NCBI RefSeq assembly: GCF_046119375.1
Contig: NW_027362762.1
Coordinates: forward strand, 694,090,001-694,154,000
Length of the DNA stretch: 64,000 nucleotides
Source: Phyllobates terribilis
Taxonomy: Eukaryota
Reading direction: 5' to 3'
Part shown: positions 21,601 to 30,139 of the stretch, one piece after another
How positions within the stretch are numbered: position 1 is the stretch's first letter
Layout of the letters: each line of letters starts with the position of its first letter
The notes under the pieces: model-generated
The model's database searches: none
Told to the model about the DNA's origin: nothing
What the model saw: the letters and a program-made list of their open reading frames with translations, nothing else
Made by a program: the position numbers and the translations under genes

Positions 21601-22755
21601 CCAGGGGCTACAGCTATCCCTGATCACCCCAGCCTCCTTCATGTCTCTAAGCATCCCCTTGGCGTGTTGGTAGTGGGCAGGGGGTACGGGTCGATACCTC
21701 TCTTTTATAGGAGGATGGTCTCCCGTGGGGATGTGGTGTTCTACCCCCTTGACTCGCCCGAAGTCTAACGGGTGTTTACTGAACACTCTCTCGTACTCTT
21801 GAACCACCCGATAGACTCCTTGTTTCTGGTGTGCGGGAGTGGAGTCAGTACCCAGATGTAGTTGCTGACACCAGTCCTCCATGTTTTTCTTAGAGCCGTT
21901 ACGTTCCTCCGGGTGAGATGGAGGCAAGGGTTCCACAGATTGTATAGAATTTTGGTTAATGGTATATAATTTGGCTAGCGTGGCATACCGGGGCAGGTAC
22001 ACTTCCCTCTCCCCGATATTTATTATGCGAACGGGCACCCTCCCATGGCGTACATCAACCACCCCCCGTGCTGTCAAAATGGTGGGCCTACTGTCCGAGT
22101 AAACTGGTTCTACCATTGCCTGGTAATCCCTACCTCTCAGACCAATAGCTGCCCGGCACCAAATCATCATTTCACTTTTTGGGGGCATGGCAATAGGAAA
22201 AGGGTCACACATTCTTACGCTACCAATCTCACCGCCGGAGAGTTCCACCTGTTGCCGTCGCATCAGTGCCCGGATCTCTTTCTGGAGCACCCGCTGCTCG
22301 CTGGAGCTGGCGTTCTTGGCAACCTGCTGTAAAAGGAAAATCACCTCTGCAAGACAATTTTCAATTACATTAGTTCCTAGAGTTATTTTTGGGTGACTCT
22401 CATGTTTGTCAATATCTACAATGATCAGTCCCTGTGCTGCCAGTTCGACTCTACCGATTTTGATGGTCACCTCTTTAAATCCAATCTGTGGCACGGGCTG
22501 GCCATTGCTGGCGATGATACTCAAGTCGTCGTCAGGGTAGCGGGTAATATCCGAGTCATTCCAGTACTGCTTAAAGACCACGTACGGGATGGTGGTGACC
22601 TGTGACCCGGTGTCCAGTAGGGCACTCATAGGAATGCCATCCAGTACCACAGGCAAGACTGGACGTCCTCCCACATATCTGTCGCGCCAGTTCGATGGGC
22701 CTGGTGATCTTTTTCCTGGGGGTTGGCCCTCTACCCCAGGTTGTGCCCGTTTAAA
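18619..22755 (-). CDS. pol: Pol polyprotein (protease, RT, RNase H, integrase), probably made as Gag-Pol by -1 frameshift
   Basis: 1351-aa ORF from the GTG at 22674; the frame is also open back to 22755. Motifs: LLDTGS (PR), SPWAAPLVLVRKKD…YLDD (RT), TDAS…GLGAVL (RH), H-H-C-C finger, LDHV/TDQG/EKMN (IN DDE). No chromodomain seen. Confidence 0.96.
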   Translation of the reverse strand, partial: FKRAQPGVEGQPPGKRSPGPSNWRDRYVGGRPVLPVVLDGIPMSALLDTGSQVTTIPYVVFKQYWNDSDITRYPDDDLSIIASNGQPVPQIGFKEVTIKIGRVELAAQGLIIVDIDKHESHPKITLGTNVIENCLAEVIFLLQQVAKNASSSEQRVLQKEIRALMRRQQVELSGGEIGSVRMCDPFPIAMPPKSEMMIWCRAAIGLRGRDYQAMVEPVYSDSRPTILTARGVVDVRHGRVPVRIINIGEREVYLPRYATLAKLYTINQNSIQSVEPLPPSHPEERNGSKKNMEDWCQQLHLGTDSTPAHQKQGVYRVVQEYERVFSKHPLDFGRVKGVEHHIPTGDHPPIKERYRPVPPAHYQHAKGMLRDMKEAGVIRDSCSPWAAPLVLVRKKDNTMRMCVDYRKINRITHKDAYPLPRIEESLAALRSANFFSTLDLTSGYWQVPVAEADREKTAFTTPMGLSEFTCMPFGLCNAPGTFQRLMECCLGHRNFETVLLYLDDVIVYSKTYEDHLKHLAEVFEALASYGLKVKPSKCHLLKPKVQYLGHVVSADGVAPDPDKITAIKEWPSPSSVKEVRQFLGLVGYYRRFIPGFTKKAAPMQDLLIGQSRKAKNQKPPFKWEELEEESFRQLKMALTGDEILAYPDYSQPFILYTDASNIGLGAVLSQIQQGKERVIAYASRKLRPTERNPENYSSFKLEFLAVVWAVTERFKHYLASSRFTVYTDNNPLTHLDTARLGALEQRWMARLSNYEFTIKYRAGRSNTNADALSRMPNLPDEGEDPEGLEEVELPAFHRHGTIQYSHRVRSKQAATLNPLPHYNWAETQDSDPAVRLVKEMLTRPEACLEPDAPEEAKQLWAEKSRLFLYKGKLCRRMVNSRTHELLWQVVVPRRDAAMVMEAYHDGAGHFGWKKLEFLLRERFHWVGMRGTIEKWCRDCGPCNLRRKDRASQKTPLQSIVTRQPLELVALDHVKLTPSRSGYVYALTIVDHYSRFLVVVPVKDLTAQTAARAFQQHFCRPHGYLDQVLTDQGPAFEAEVFQEFCTLYGCRKIRTTPYHPQTNGLCEKMNQVVIDLLKTLPLEERSLWPERLPDLVDLYNHIPVGSTNCTPAYLMRARPGKLPVDLEMGVLTPEDTSPEADWDTERQQQYRRVQESVERSLCQARERQEKTYNQYAPAVPLVPGEQVLKRKRRLHKLDDQWEKDPYTVLPSSHENPKVCTISKDGGETTAIVSRDHLKKCPEQLRNPEEEQEDHRPVEEREDMVSTVLGDFPRSWTQVNGAVVVPVLTFLQPASQAPTEQQVELEEQPVQEAEDPTPADQEDQPSACSEPAISLVSQRAGRQLPSLPLTAPTPCSSGLDSQLRRSTRATRGQLPARWRI
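22697..22755 (-). promoter_or_regulatory. -1 ribosomal frameshift signal (U UUA AAC plus predicted H-type pseudoknot)
   Basis: Heptamer 22755-22749 is in the gag frame and its -1 frame is the pol frame. 8-nt spacer; S1 CCUGGGG/CCCCAGG; S2 GGGCC/GGCCC. Confidence 0.8.
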
Positions 22756-23711
22756 GAACAGTACCTTGCCATATGTCCGGGTTGATTGCAGCGGCGGCAG
22801 ATGGGTCGTCCGTCTTCGCTGTATCGGTCACTGGGTCTTCCTCTGGCCGGTGGGGTCCTCCTTGGTCGACGCCACGGGATGTCCTCCGGTCCGGATGCCA
22901 GCTGGATCTTCCCTGGGGTGGAAACCTGTAAAGACTGCACAGTTCGGGTTAGCGCAGCAACGCTTTTAGCTAGCTCTTGGACCTGATGGTGCAGGTCTGG
23001 AGCCGGGTCATTGTTCAAAGCCTGCGCATCAGCCCCCACAGGCCCTGACGACAAGGGCGCCGCCTCCTGGTGGTAAGTGATAGCTGGGTGCCTGTGGGTC
23101 ACAACGCCAACCGGTGCCGGTTCTCGGAGCACCCGGATGGCTCTGTCCTTGAACTGTGCAAAGTCCAGATGAGGATCCTGTAAGGCCATTGCCCGCAACT
23201 GGGTTCGGTGGGCATTGCAATATAGTCCCTCTATAAATTGTTCGGTCAACAGCCTGTCCTCGTTTCCCACGCCGTCAGGGTCGGTCTGCTTAATGGCTCT
23301 CAGGGCCTCTTGTAGATTTAGTGCATAGTCCCTTATACTCTCATGTGCTCGCTGCTTGCACCCATAGAATCTAAGCTTAATCTCGGCTGAGGTGCGGGTA
23401 TCAAAGGTGTCCCTCAGCCGGGTTAGTATCCCTGCGACAGTCCTCCTCCCAGGTGGCCAGGACTTTACCTCCTTTTGGGCTGCCCCGGCTAGTTGGGCCA
23501 CCAGGATGCTCACTTTTTGCTCCTCTATGAGGGGGTACACCTGGAAGAGGCTATCCAACTTTTCTTTAAAGTCATTCAGGGTATGTGACTCCCCTGAGTA
23601 CTGGGGTAGCCAGGCTGCTCCCGGGATATAGGGCATGGTGAAGGGCATAACTGCAGCAGCAGTGGCGCTGGCGGGGGTTGAGGCAGTGAAGCTCTCCTCC
23701 GCATCCGACAT
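22731..23711 (-). CDS. gag: Gag (326 aa) with CCHC zinc knuckle
   Basis: ATG in GAAGATG context; CRRCNQPGHMARYC = CX2CX4HX4C; overlaps the pol frame at its 3' end. Confidence 0.93.
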   Translation of the reverse strand: MSDAEESFTASTPASATAAAVMPFTMPYIPGAAWLPQYSGESHTLNDFKEKLDSLFQVYPLIEEQKVSILVAQLAGAAQKEVKSWPPGRRTVAGILTRLRDTFDTRTSAEIKLRFYGCKQRAHESIRDYALNLQEALRAIKQTDPDGVGNEDRLLTEQFIEGLYCNAHRTQLRAMALQDPHLDFAQFKDRAIRVLREPAPVGVVTHRHPAITYHQEAAPLSSGPVGADAQALNNDPAPDLHHQVQELAKSVAALTRTVQSLQVSTPGKIQLASGPEDIPWRRPRRTPPARGRPSDRYSEDGRPICRRCNQPGHMARYCSLNGHNLG

Positions 23712-23937
23712 CTTCCTCCCCCCTAGTGGACCGTGGCCTACCTTGCGATGATCCTGTTCCGTAGGCCGCGGCTCCGCAGTAGATCGTCAGGGTTGAGGAC
23801 CTTCCGTCGCGCTCCGGTGACGTCGGCGTCTGCTGGGCTCCTTCCAGGACCTTACGCAACGTCCGGACGTGAGGCGGGACTTCAGTTCTCGCGCGCTTTC
23901 GGAGTCCACGCCCCTCTTCTTCCCGCGCGGCGTCCTC

Positions 23938-24064
23938 AAGATGGCGTCCAATGGCGGGAAAACTCCACGGATGGCAGGTAGAAGGCCGAAGATGGCGCCG
24001 GATGGCGGGAAAACTTCGCGGATGGCGGGAAGAAGGCAGAAGATGGCGCCGGATGGCGGGAAAC
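23938..24064. repeat. 51-bp tandem repeat (2.5 copies) in the Gypsy 5' leader
   Basis: AAGATGGCG at 23938, 23989 and 24040. Confidence 0.9.
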
Positions 24065-24133
24065 CTCACCACTGGTAAGTTTGAACAGTCTTTGCTTTTC
24101 AGGCACGCAGTACCCGGTGGTTGCGGGCACGAA

Positions 24134-24151
24134 ATCCTGCCGACTACGCCA
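24134..24151 (-). other. Primer-binding site for tRNA-Ser(AGA/TGA)
   Basis: Minus strand TGGCGTAGTCGGCAGGAT, 4 nt after the 5' LTR; complement of the recalled vertebrate tRNA-Ser 3' end ATCCTGCCGACTACGCCA. Confidence 0.9.
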
Positions 24152-24155
24152 AAGT

Positions 24156-25158
24156 TGACGCGCCCCTGGGCCTGCTATGTCGCGCAGCGTCTCGCGCACG
24201 GGGGCTTACCCGGAACCGGATCAGATGAGGGTTGTAGTCTCCGAGTGGCGGGGACCCGGTCCGTGCCCAGGGAGTCAAACTCAGTGTGTGGCAGTCTTGA
24301 TAGGTGTTATTTGAGTGTCGACTACGCCACCCGCTGATTTGCAGCTATGGAGCTGCCGCTGCAGGGCAGACCGCTGAGGCCGGTGTAGAATTGTGCAGCG
24401 TGATAGTATAACCCCCAACGGGAGGGGTATGGCCTCAGGGCAGCCGACATGGAAGATGGGGGTAGCAGGAACCACTCAGAGACGGTGCGGTGTAATTCAG
24501 GGTCTTTACTGGTAACAACGATAGACCCTCCCGGAGTACTTGCTAGCGAACTGGGCCTGGTCAGTCCTTGAGCAGATGGGATCTCCCCTGGCCAGGCGGA
24601 GTTGTAGGCCTCCCAAACTGACTGTACTCTTCTGGCTACCTTGCTAGAAGCGGATATAAGTAGCCCACGTCCCTGAGTGTGCCGTGTGGTGCTCACCCGT
24701 ATGGCCGGTGACTCGGGGCCTTCTAATGGCTTCCGCTCCACGATGGCGGTGCTGGTCCCACGCGTGTGACCTTGCCTTCAGGTTTCTGGGCCTGAGGACC
24801 TGAAATCCCCTGCCGGTCGGCTTCTGCTGCTGGGTAAGAGTTAGTCCCCACAGCCTCGGACGCCGGGTCCGGTAAGAAAGCTTCTCAGTCAGGGCGAGCT
24901 CTGCAGCTGCCAGCCCCTGACTCGTAGTAGTATTGCTCCCACTGAGCTTCTGCTGTTTCTTCCTATGACTGTTTCTCGTCTCTACTCTCCTTGACTCCTA
25001 ACCCTGCCTCAGCCCCGGGTTTATATAGGGGAAGTTCTTCCCCTCCCAGGACTGGGCAGGAGGTGTGGCATGCATAGGATCCCTGACCAAAGGACCTCCC
25101 ACCTGCTCTCAGACATAACATTACATTACTGTGGAAACCAGACCCCTGGGGTGCCACA
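24156..25158 (-). repeat. 5' LTR
   Basis: Direct repeat of 17252-18254; minus-strand TGTGGC…CGTCA. Confidence 0.97.
25020..25027 (-). promoter_or_regulatory. LTR TATA box (also 18116-18123)
   Basis: TATATAAA 131 nt into the LTR; equivalent TATAAAA ~135 nt into the related solo LTR. Confidence 0.7.
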
Positions 25159-25699
25159 CTTCCACATAGAAACAAGGCCAAATGTGAAATATTTGGCTGT
25201 AACAAAAGGTATTTTATTCACTGAAAGGCTAGAGAGCAGTACAATAATGAGTGTCTGCAGGCAACAGTGAAGCATGGTGGAGGTTCCTGCAAGTTTTGAG
25301 GTGTATTCCAGCAAATGAATTTGGGGATTTAGTCAAAATGAATGGTGCCCTTAATGCTGCCTAATACAGACAGATACGTATTCATCATGCAATACTATGA
25401 GGCAGGTGTCTGATTGGTTCCAAATTTATTCTGAAGCAGGACAATAACTCCAAAGATACATCCAATGTCGTTAAGAACTATCTTCAGCGTTAAAATGAAC
25501 AAATAGTCCTGGGAGTGATGATATGGCCCACACAGAGCACTTAGCTCAACATTCTCAAGCCTGTCTGGGAATACATGAAGAGACAGGACGATTTCCACAA
25601 GCTTACATCCACAAATCTGTGGTTAGTTCTCCAAGATGTTTGTAACAATCTACTGAGTTTTTTCAAAAACTGTGTGCAAGTGTACATAGAAGAAATGAT

Positions 25700-26026
25700 T
25701 AGCTGATCCTTGGATTTTTGGGTTAGTTGGGTTCGACCGAACTTTAGTCCAAAGTTCGGCTCGGGTACCAGAACTCTACCTGACCTTGAACCAGAACCCA
25801 AAACTCCATAGAAATCAATGGGACCCGAACTTTGGTGCTGTGAAATGGTCGTAGTAAAGGCTAGGGGGCTGAAAAAGGAAGCAGAGAGTCTCTCTCTTTC
25901 CTCCCGGAACTCCGAACATTAAAACGGACTTCCGGGAGAAGTCCGTGTTCAGAGTTCAGCACCGGACCGGACACTAGATGTCCGGTATGAATTCCGAACT
26001 TTGCAGTTCAGGTTCGCTCATCTCTA
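25700..26026. mobile_element. hAT-derived MITE inserted in the Tc1
   Basis: Right TIR TTCGCTCATCTCTA; repeated CCGAAC/GTTCGG subterminal motifs; near-TSD AGAAATGAT / AGAATGAT; Tc1 sequence resumes after 26026. Confidence 0.7.
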
Positions 26027-27933
26027 AGAATGATGCTTTGATGTGTTTTGAAGACAAATGACGGTCACACCAAATATTAATTTTATTTAGATTTTTATAT
26101 TGTTCATTGACTTTGCATTTTGTTAATCGATAAAAATAAACTATTAACACTTCTATGTTTGAAAGTGTTCTTAATTTGCAGCAATTTTGTCCACATCTTC
26201 TAAAATGTTTGAAAAGTTTGTAGAAAAAATTCTCCAGTCGCTTATTATTATGTTATTATGTTTGGAGTACAAGAAAATTAATTGAGCAGCAGTTAATTGA
26301 CAAATAATCTTTTAAACCTTATCAGTGATTCTGTACGTCTTGCATGTGCTAGGCTTATATCAGAGGTGCAGGCACGATCAGATGAATTATAAAAAGAGAG
26401 CCTCTATGAAGTTCTTCAAATACTAAAAATGGAATGGGAGAGTTAAAAGCAAAGACACATTCATCAATATAAATAAAGAATACAACAGACAGTATAGTGT
26501 ATGCAGAATAACTATTTTTAAAGAAAAATCACATAATAAGGTTAAAACTATGGATTTTATCCTTTGGGCATTTTCACTATAAAATTAGAATAGAAGTTGT
26601 CTACAAATTAGATAACAAGTCAAGCAAAATTCTGTGCAACAGCCAGCTGTCAGCTAGAGGCAATACATAGGGGTGGTGGAATCCCTCTGTCTGCAGCCCA
26701 TGAGATTATATGAGACATACAGACAAACCAACCCTATACGCATCTATAAGCTATATTTACCTTGCTCTACAAATTATATCAGCTTGTAAAAATGAAATTT
26801 TGGTATTGCTAAAAATATCAGTCCATCTACCTGCCTATTATAACTTCCTAAACAGCAGAAATAGGAGGAAGGTGAGTACCTAATGATATCAGCAACCTAT
26901 AATTGTAAACTTTAAAAGCGTAAAGCTGATAATTAGAGCTAACAGCAAACAAAGAAAAAAGATTTAATAGGCATAGGATGTAGACTGGGAATTGAATGAG
27001 CAGAGACAGTAACTGACTATATAATCAAATATAAAAGTAGCACCTAGTGATGCAATAGTTGTAATGAATGAACACTGGTTCTTCAACATATGATGCAAAA
27101 TGGGTAAGAGCATCCACTTAAGATATTCTATTACAGGGATTGTCTGACTTGCAAAAATGTTGTCCAAAGACACAACATTTTGTTATATAAAGCAGAGTAA
27201 AGGTAAACTCATTAGCTCTACAATCATTGCTAAAACACAGGCTGGCTGAAAGACACAGCCTATCACAGAAAACAGCAGTCAGATGGTCGAACAACGGGAC
27301 ATCATCAGTTTCAGTCCTGGCCGGAGACCACTAGAGCGGTCTGCAATAGAGTCAGAGGGACTACTTTTATTTAAAAAAAAAATCAGATTTTTGGAGAAAA
27401 ATAAATATAAATATTGAATTTTAAAGCAGATAACCACTTTAAATTTCCAGTGTTCTAATAGTCAGCATTATATAGGTTTTCATTTTTTTTTGTTAGCAAA
27501 TAGTTCAAAGTTATGAAGATTTATGGACAAAAAGATATGGGATGAATAATACAATGTACCATGTACACAAAATTATGAATCTTGTTTATAGCTAATGTGC
27601 CCCTAGGAGACAGCGATCCGGCCACCATGATCAATAGTATAGCCTAGGATTCAGGAGAGATTCTCGCAATTCATGGAAAACTATTGCTGTGTGGGAGATT
27701 GCAGTTTTGCAAATTGTGGACAGTGGGCAGAAACAGTTAAATGAGTGAAAAGAAACTACAAAGTGTGCAAGGATGAAAATAAATGACAATCATCTGTATG
27801 CAAAGCTTGTAACAGTCAAACTTTGCAAGAAAGATCTGAAAAATGAAAAATAAAGCATGTAAACTGCTGATGGAAACAAAGTAAACAACAAATGCAATTA
27901 CTTTAAGGCGGCACAAAATTGGTCAACATTTAA

Positions 27934-28313
27934 AGGGAATCCGTCACCAGCTTTGTGCCAACTAATCTGAGAGCAGTATATTGTAGAAACAGAGACCCTG
28001 ATTTCAGTGATGTGTCACTTTATAGTTTTGATAAAATCACTGTTTTATCAAGAGGAGATTATAACTAGAGGACTAGTAACCCTGCTGCCAAATGGTGCTC
28101 AATATTCATGAGCTCTGTATAACCCAGTGGTGTGGGTAGGGTTATACAGATCTCAGCATTCAGAGAACTGGTAGATTTGCAGCAGATAAAACAATGATTT
28201 TATTAAAACTACAGTAAGCAGCCAAGTAAGTGATACATCGCTGGAAACAATGTCAGGCCCCTACATCATCCTGCTCTCAGATAGGATAGCAAAACCTTGG
28301 TGAAAGATTTCCT
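27934..28313. mobile_element. Kolobok/T2-type MITE
   Basis: TTAA|AGGGAATCCGTCACCAG … TTGGTGAAAGATTTCCT|TTAA; palindromic interior. Confidence 0.8.
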
Positions 28314-29545
28314 TTAAATATTGCACTCATGTATGTGATGTTGATGGAGATGCAAGGTTGAATAAAATCTCATGTGAAAAGTGCTTTTATAGTGGGGAGA
28401 TTTATGTACTTACAGGAATTTCTACTTTGAAAATTCATAAAGTGAGTGAGTTTCTCTCATACACTGGACGCATGATCTCTCCTCTTTATTCCCTTTCCAC
28501 TGTGGCCAATTTTATTTTCACTAGATTTCACAATACAAACTGCAAACATTATGATTCCTGATGGAGCTGGTATAACTACTTTGAAAAATGATGATAGAAG
28601 GGCTGAATATTTTTGATATTAAAATGAGCATCTTATGAATCTGGCTAAATAGTAAATATGTCCAAGTGTATTCAATCTGTGCCCACCCCGCTTGACAGCT
28701 GCAGCTTATAATGTGCAGTGTAAGATTTCAGCATGAGCAGGGAGGAGGAACACTGAGGAGTTGACAATCAGGCAAGGTAGGCAAAGATTCAGTTTACACT
28801 TTCAAAAAAGGATTATATATATCTATGCTCAAATGGATTTTCAAAGCTACTACATCAGCCTAATCAAGCCTAAGACATCTACAATATAGCAGTTTTTGTT
28901 GTGAAATCAGGTGAAGAATTACTTTAAAAAGGAACCTGTCACTTGATCCATGCTGCCCAAACAGCGTGCAACATAAATTACAACCTGGTTGCATGATTGA
29001 AGCTAGGTTTATATACTTTAACCCCTTTCTGATGTGATCAGTAATACTACGTCGCACTGGCCCGGGTCTATTGGACCAGGTACGCATCACGGGATCGCGC
29101 CCGTACACAAACGGTTCGGGGCAATCGGCGCCGGGTGTCAGCTGATTGTCACAGCTGACACCCGGTGCTATGTGCAAGGAGAGGTCCCGTACTGCTCCCG
29201 GCACATTACATTAACCCCTAAAATGCTGTGATCGAAGTCGATCGCAGTATTCCAGGAGCAAGGGGAGGTAAGAACCGCTTACTTACCTCCTCTCCGGGTT
29301 CCCGCGCTGTCTGTGCGGGGTCCCAGAAGTTTTCATGACGACATCCGGGTCACCAGGCAGCAGAAAGTGATCATGCGCAGTGAGCGATCAAAGTAACTTC
29401 TGCATGCAGGCTGAGAGCCTTTAAAGCATAGAGATGCTGCTGCTGCATCTCTATGCTATATAAGCGATCAGCCTGCAAAAAGTGAAAGTCCCATAGTGGG
29501 ACAAAGTGTAAAAGTAAGAAAAAGTATCAGAAATAAAATCCCGCG

Positions 29546-30125
29546 ATCCCAATGTATTGTTACCCTTTTATAAATCACTGGTGACGCCACATCTGGAATA
29601 TGGGATCCAGTTTTGGGCTCCACATTTTCAAAAGGATATTCAGAAGTTAGAGTCAGTTCAAAGACGGCCAACTAGATTATTATACAGAATGGAAGGCCTC
29701 TTATATGATGAGAGATTGAAAAAGTTGAACTTGTTTAGCTTAGAAAAACGACGCCTCAGAGGGGATCTCATTTACATGTATAAATATATATGTGGTCAGT
29801 ACAAAGGTCTAGCTCATGACTTATTCCTTTCAAAGACTATACTAAGGACCAGGGGGCACTCATTACGGATGGAAGAAAAGCGATTCCAGCACCTAAACAG
29901 GAAAGGGTTCTTTACAGTCAAAGCAGTTAGGCTGTGGAATTCCCTACCACAAGACGTAATAATGGCAGACACTATAACAGCTTTCAAAAAAGGGCTGTAT
30001 GATTTCCTCAATACAGGTAACATTGTGGGTTATAGTTAAATTAGACAAATTGTTACACCTATAGTAGTACATTTGATCCAGGGTTCTAGGACTGATCGCC
30101 TTTTCTCGGGGTCACGAGGAACGGC
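29546..30125 (+). mobile_element. CR1 LINE 3' fragment (5'-truncated ORF2 C-terminus)
   Basis: LPFYKSLVTPHLEYGIQFWAPH…LESVQRR…LFSLEKRRLRGDLIYMYK…TRGHSLR…FFTVKAVRLWNSLP is the typical CR1 ORF2 end. Confidence 0.92.
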
Positions 30126-30139
30126 ATAAAAAATAAACT

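Larger units (their letters stand above)
17252..25158 (-). mobile_element. Full-length Ty3/Gypsy LTR retrotransposon (7907 bp), apparently intact
   Basis: Two 1003-bp LTRs with TG…CA ends, TSD CTTC (17248-17251, 25159-25162), PBS, PPT, and uninterrupted gag and pol in PR-RT-RH-IN order. Confidence 0.98.
16703..26220 (+). mobile_element. Old Tc1 element split by the Gypsy element and a hAT MITE
   Basis: Removing 17252-25162 restores the reading …GLYGRIAAKKQYL|PHRNKAK… Downstream degenerate QDN..K.T and WP.QS motifs (25430-25560). Weak TIRs at 16710-16752 and 26168-26212. Confidence 0.75.
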
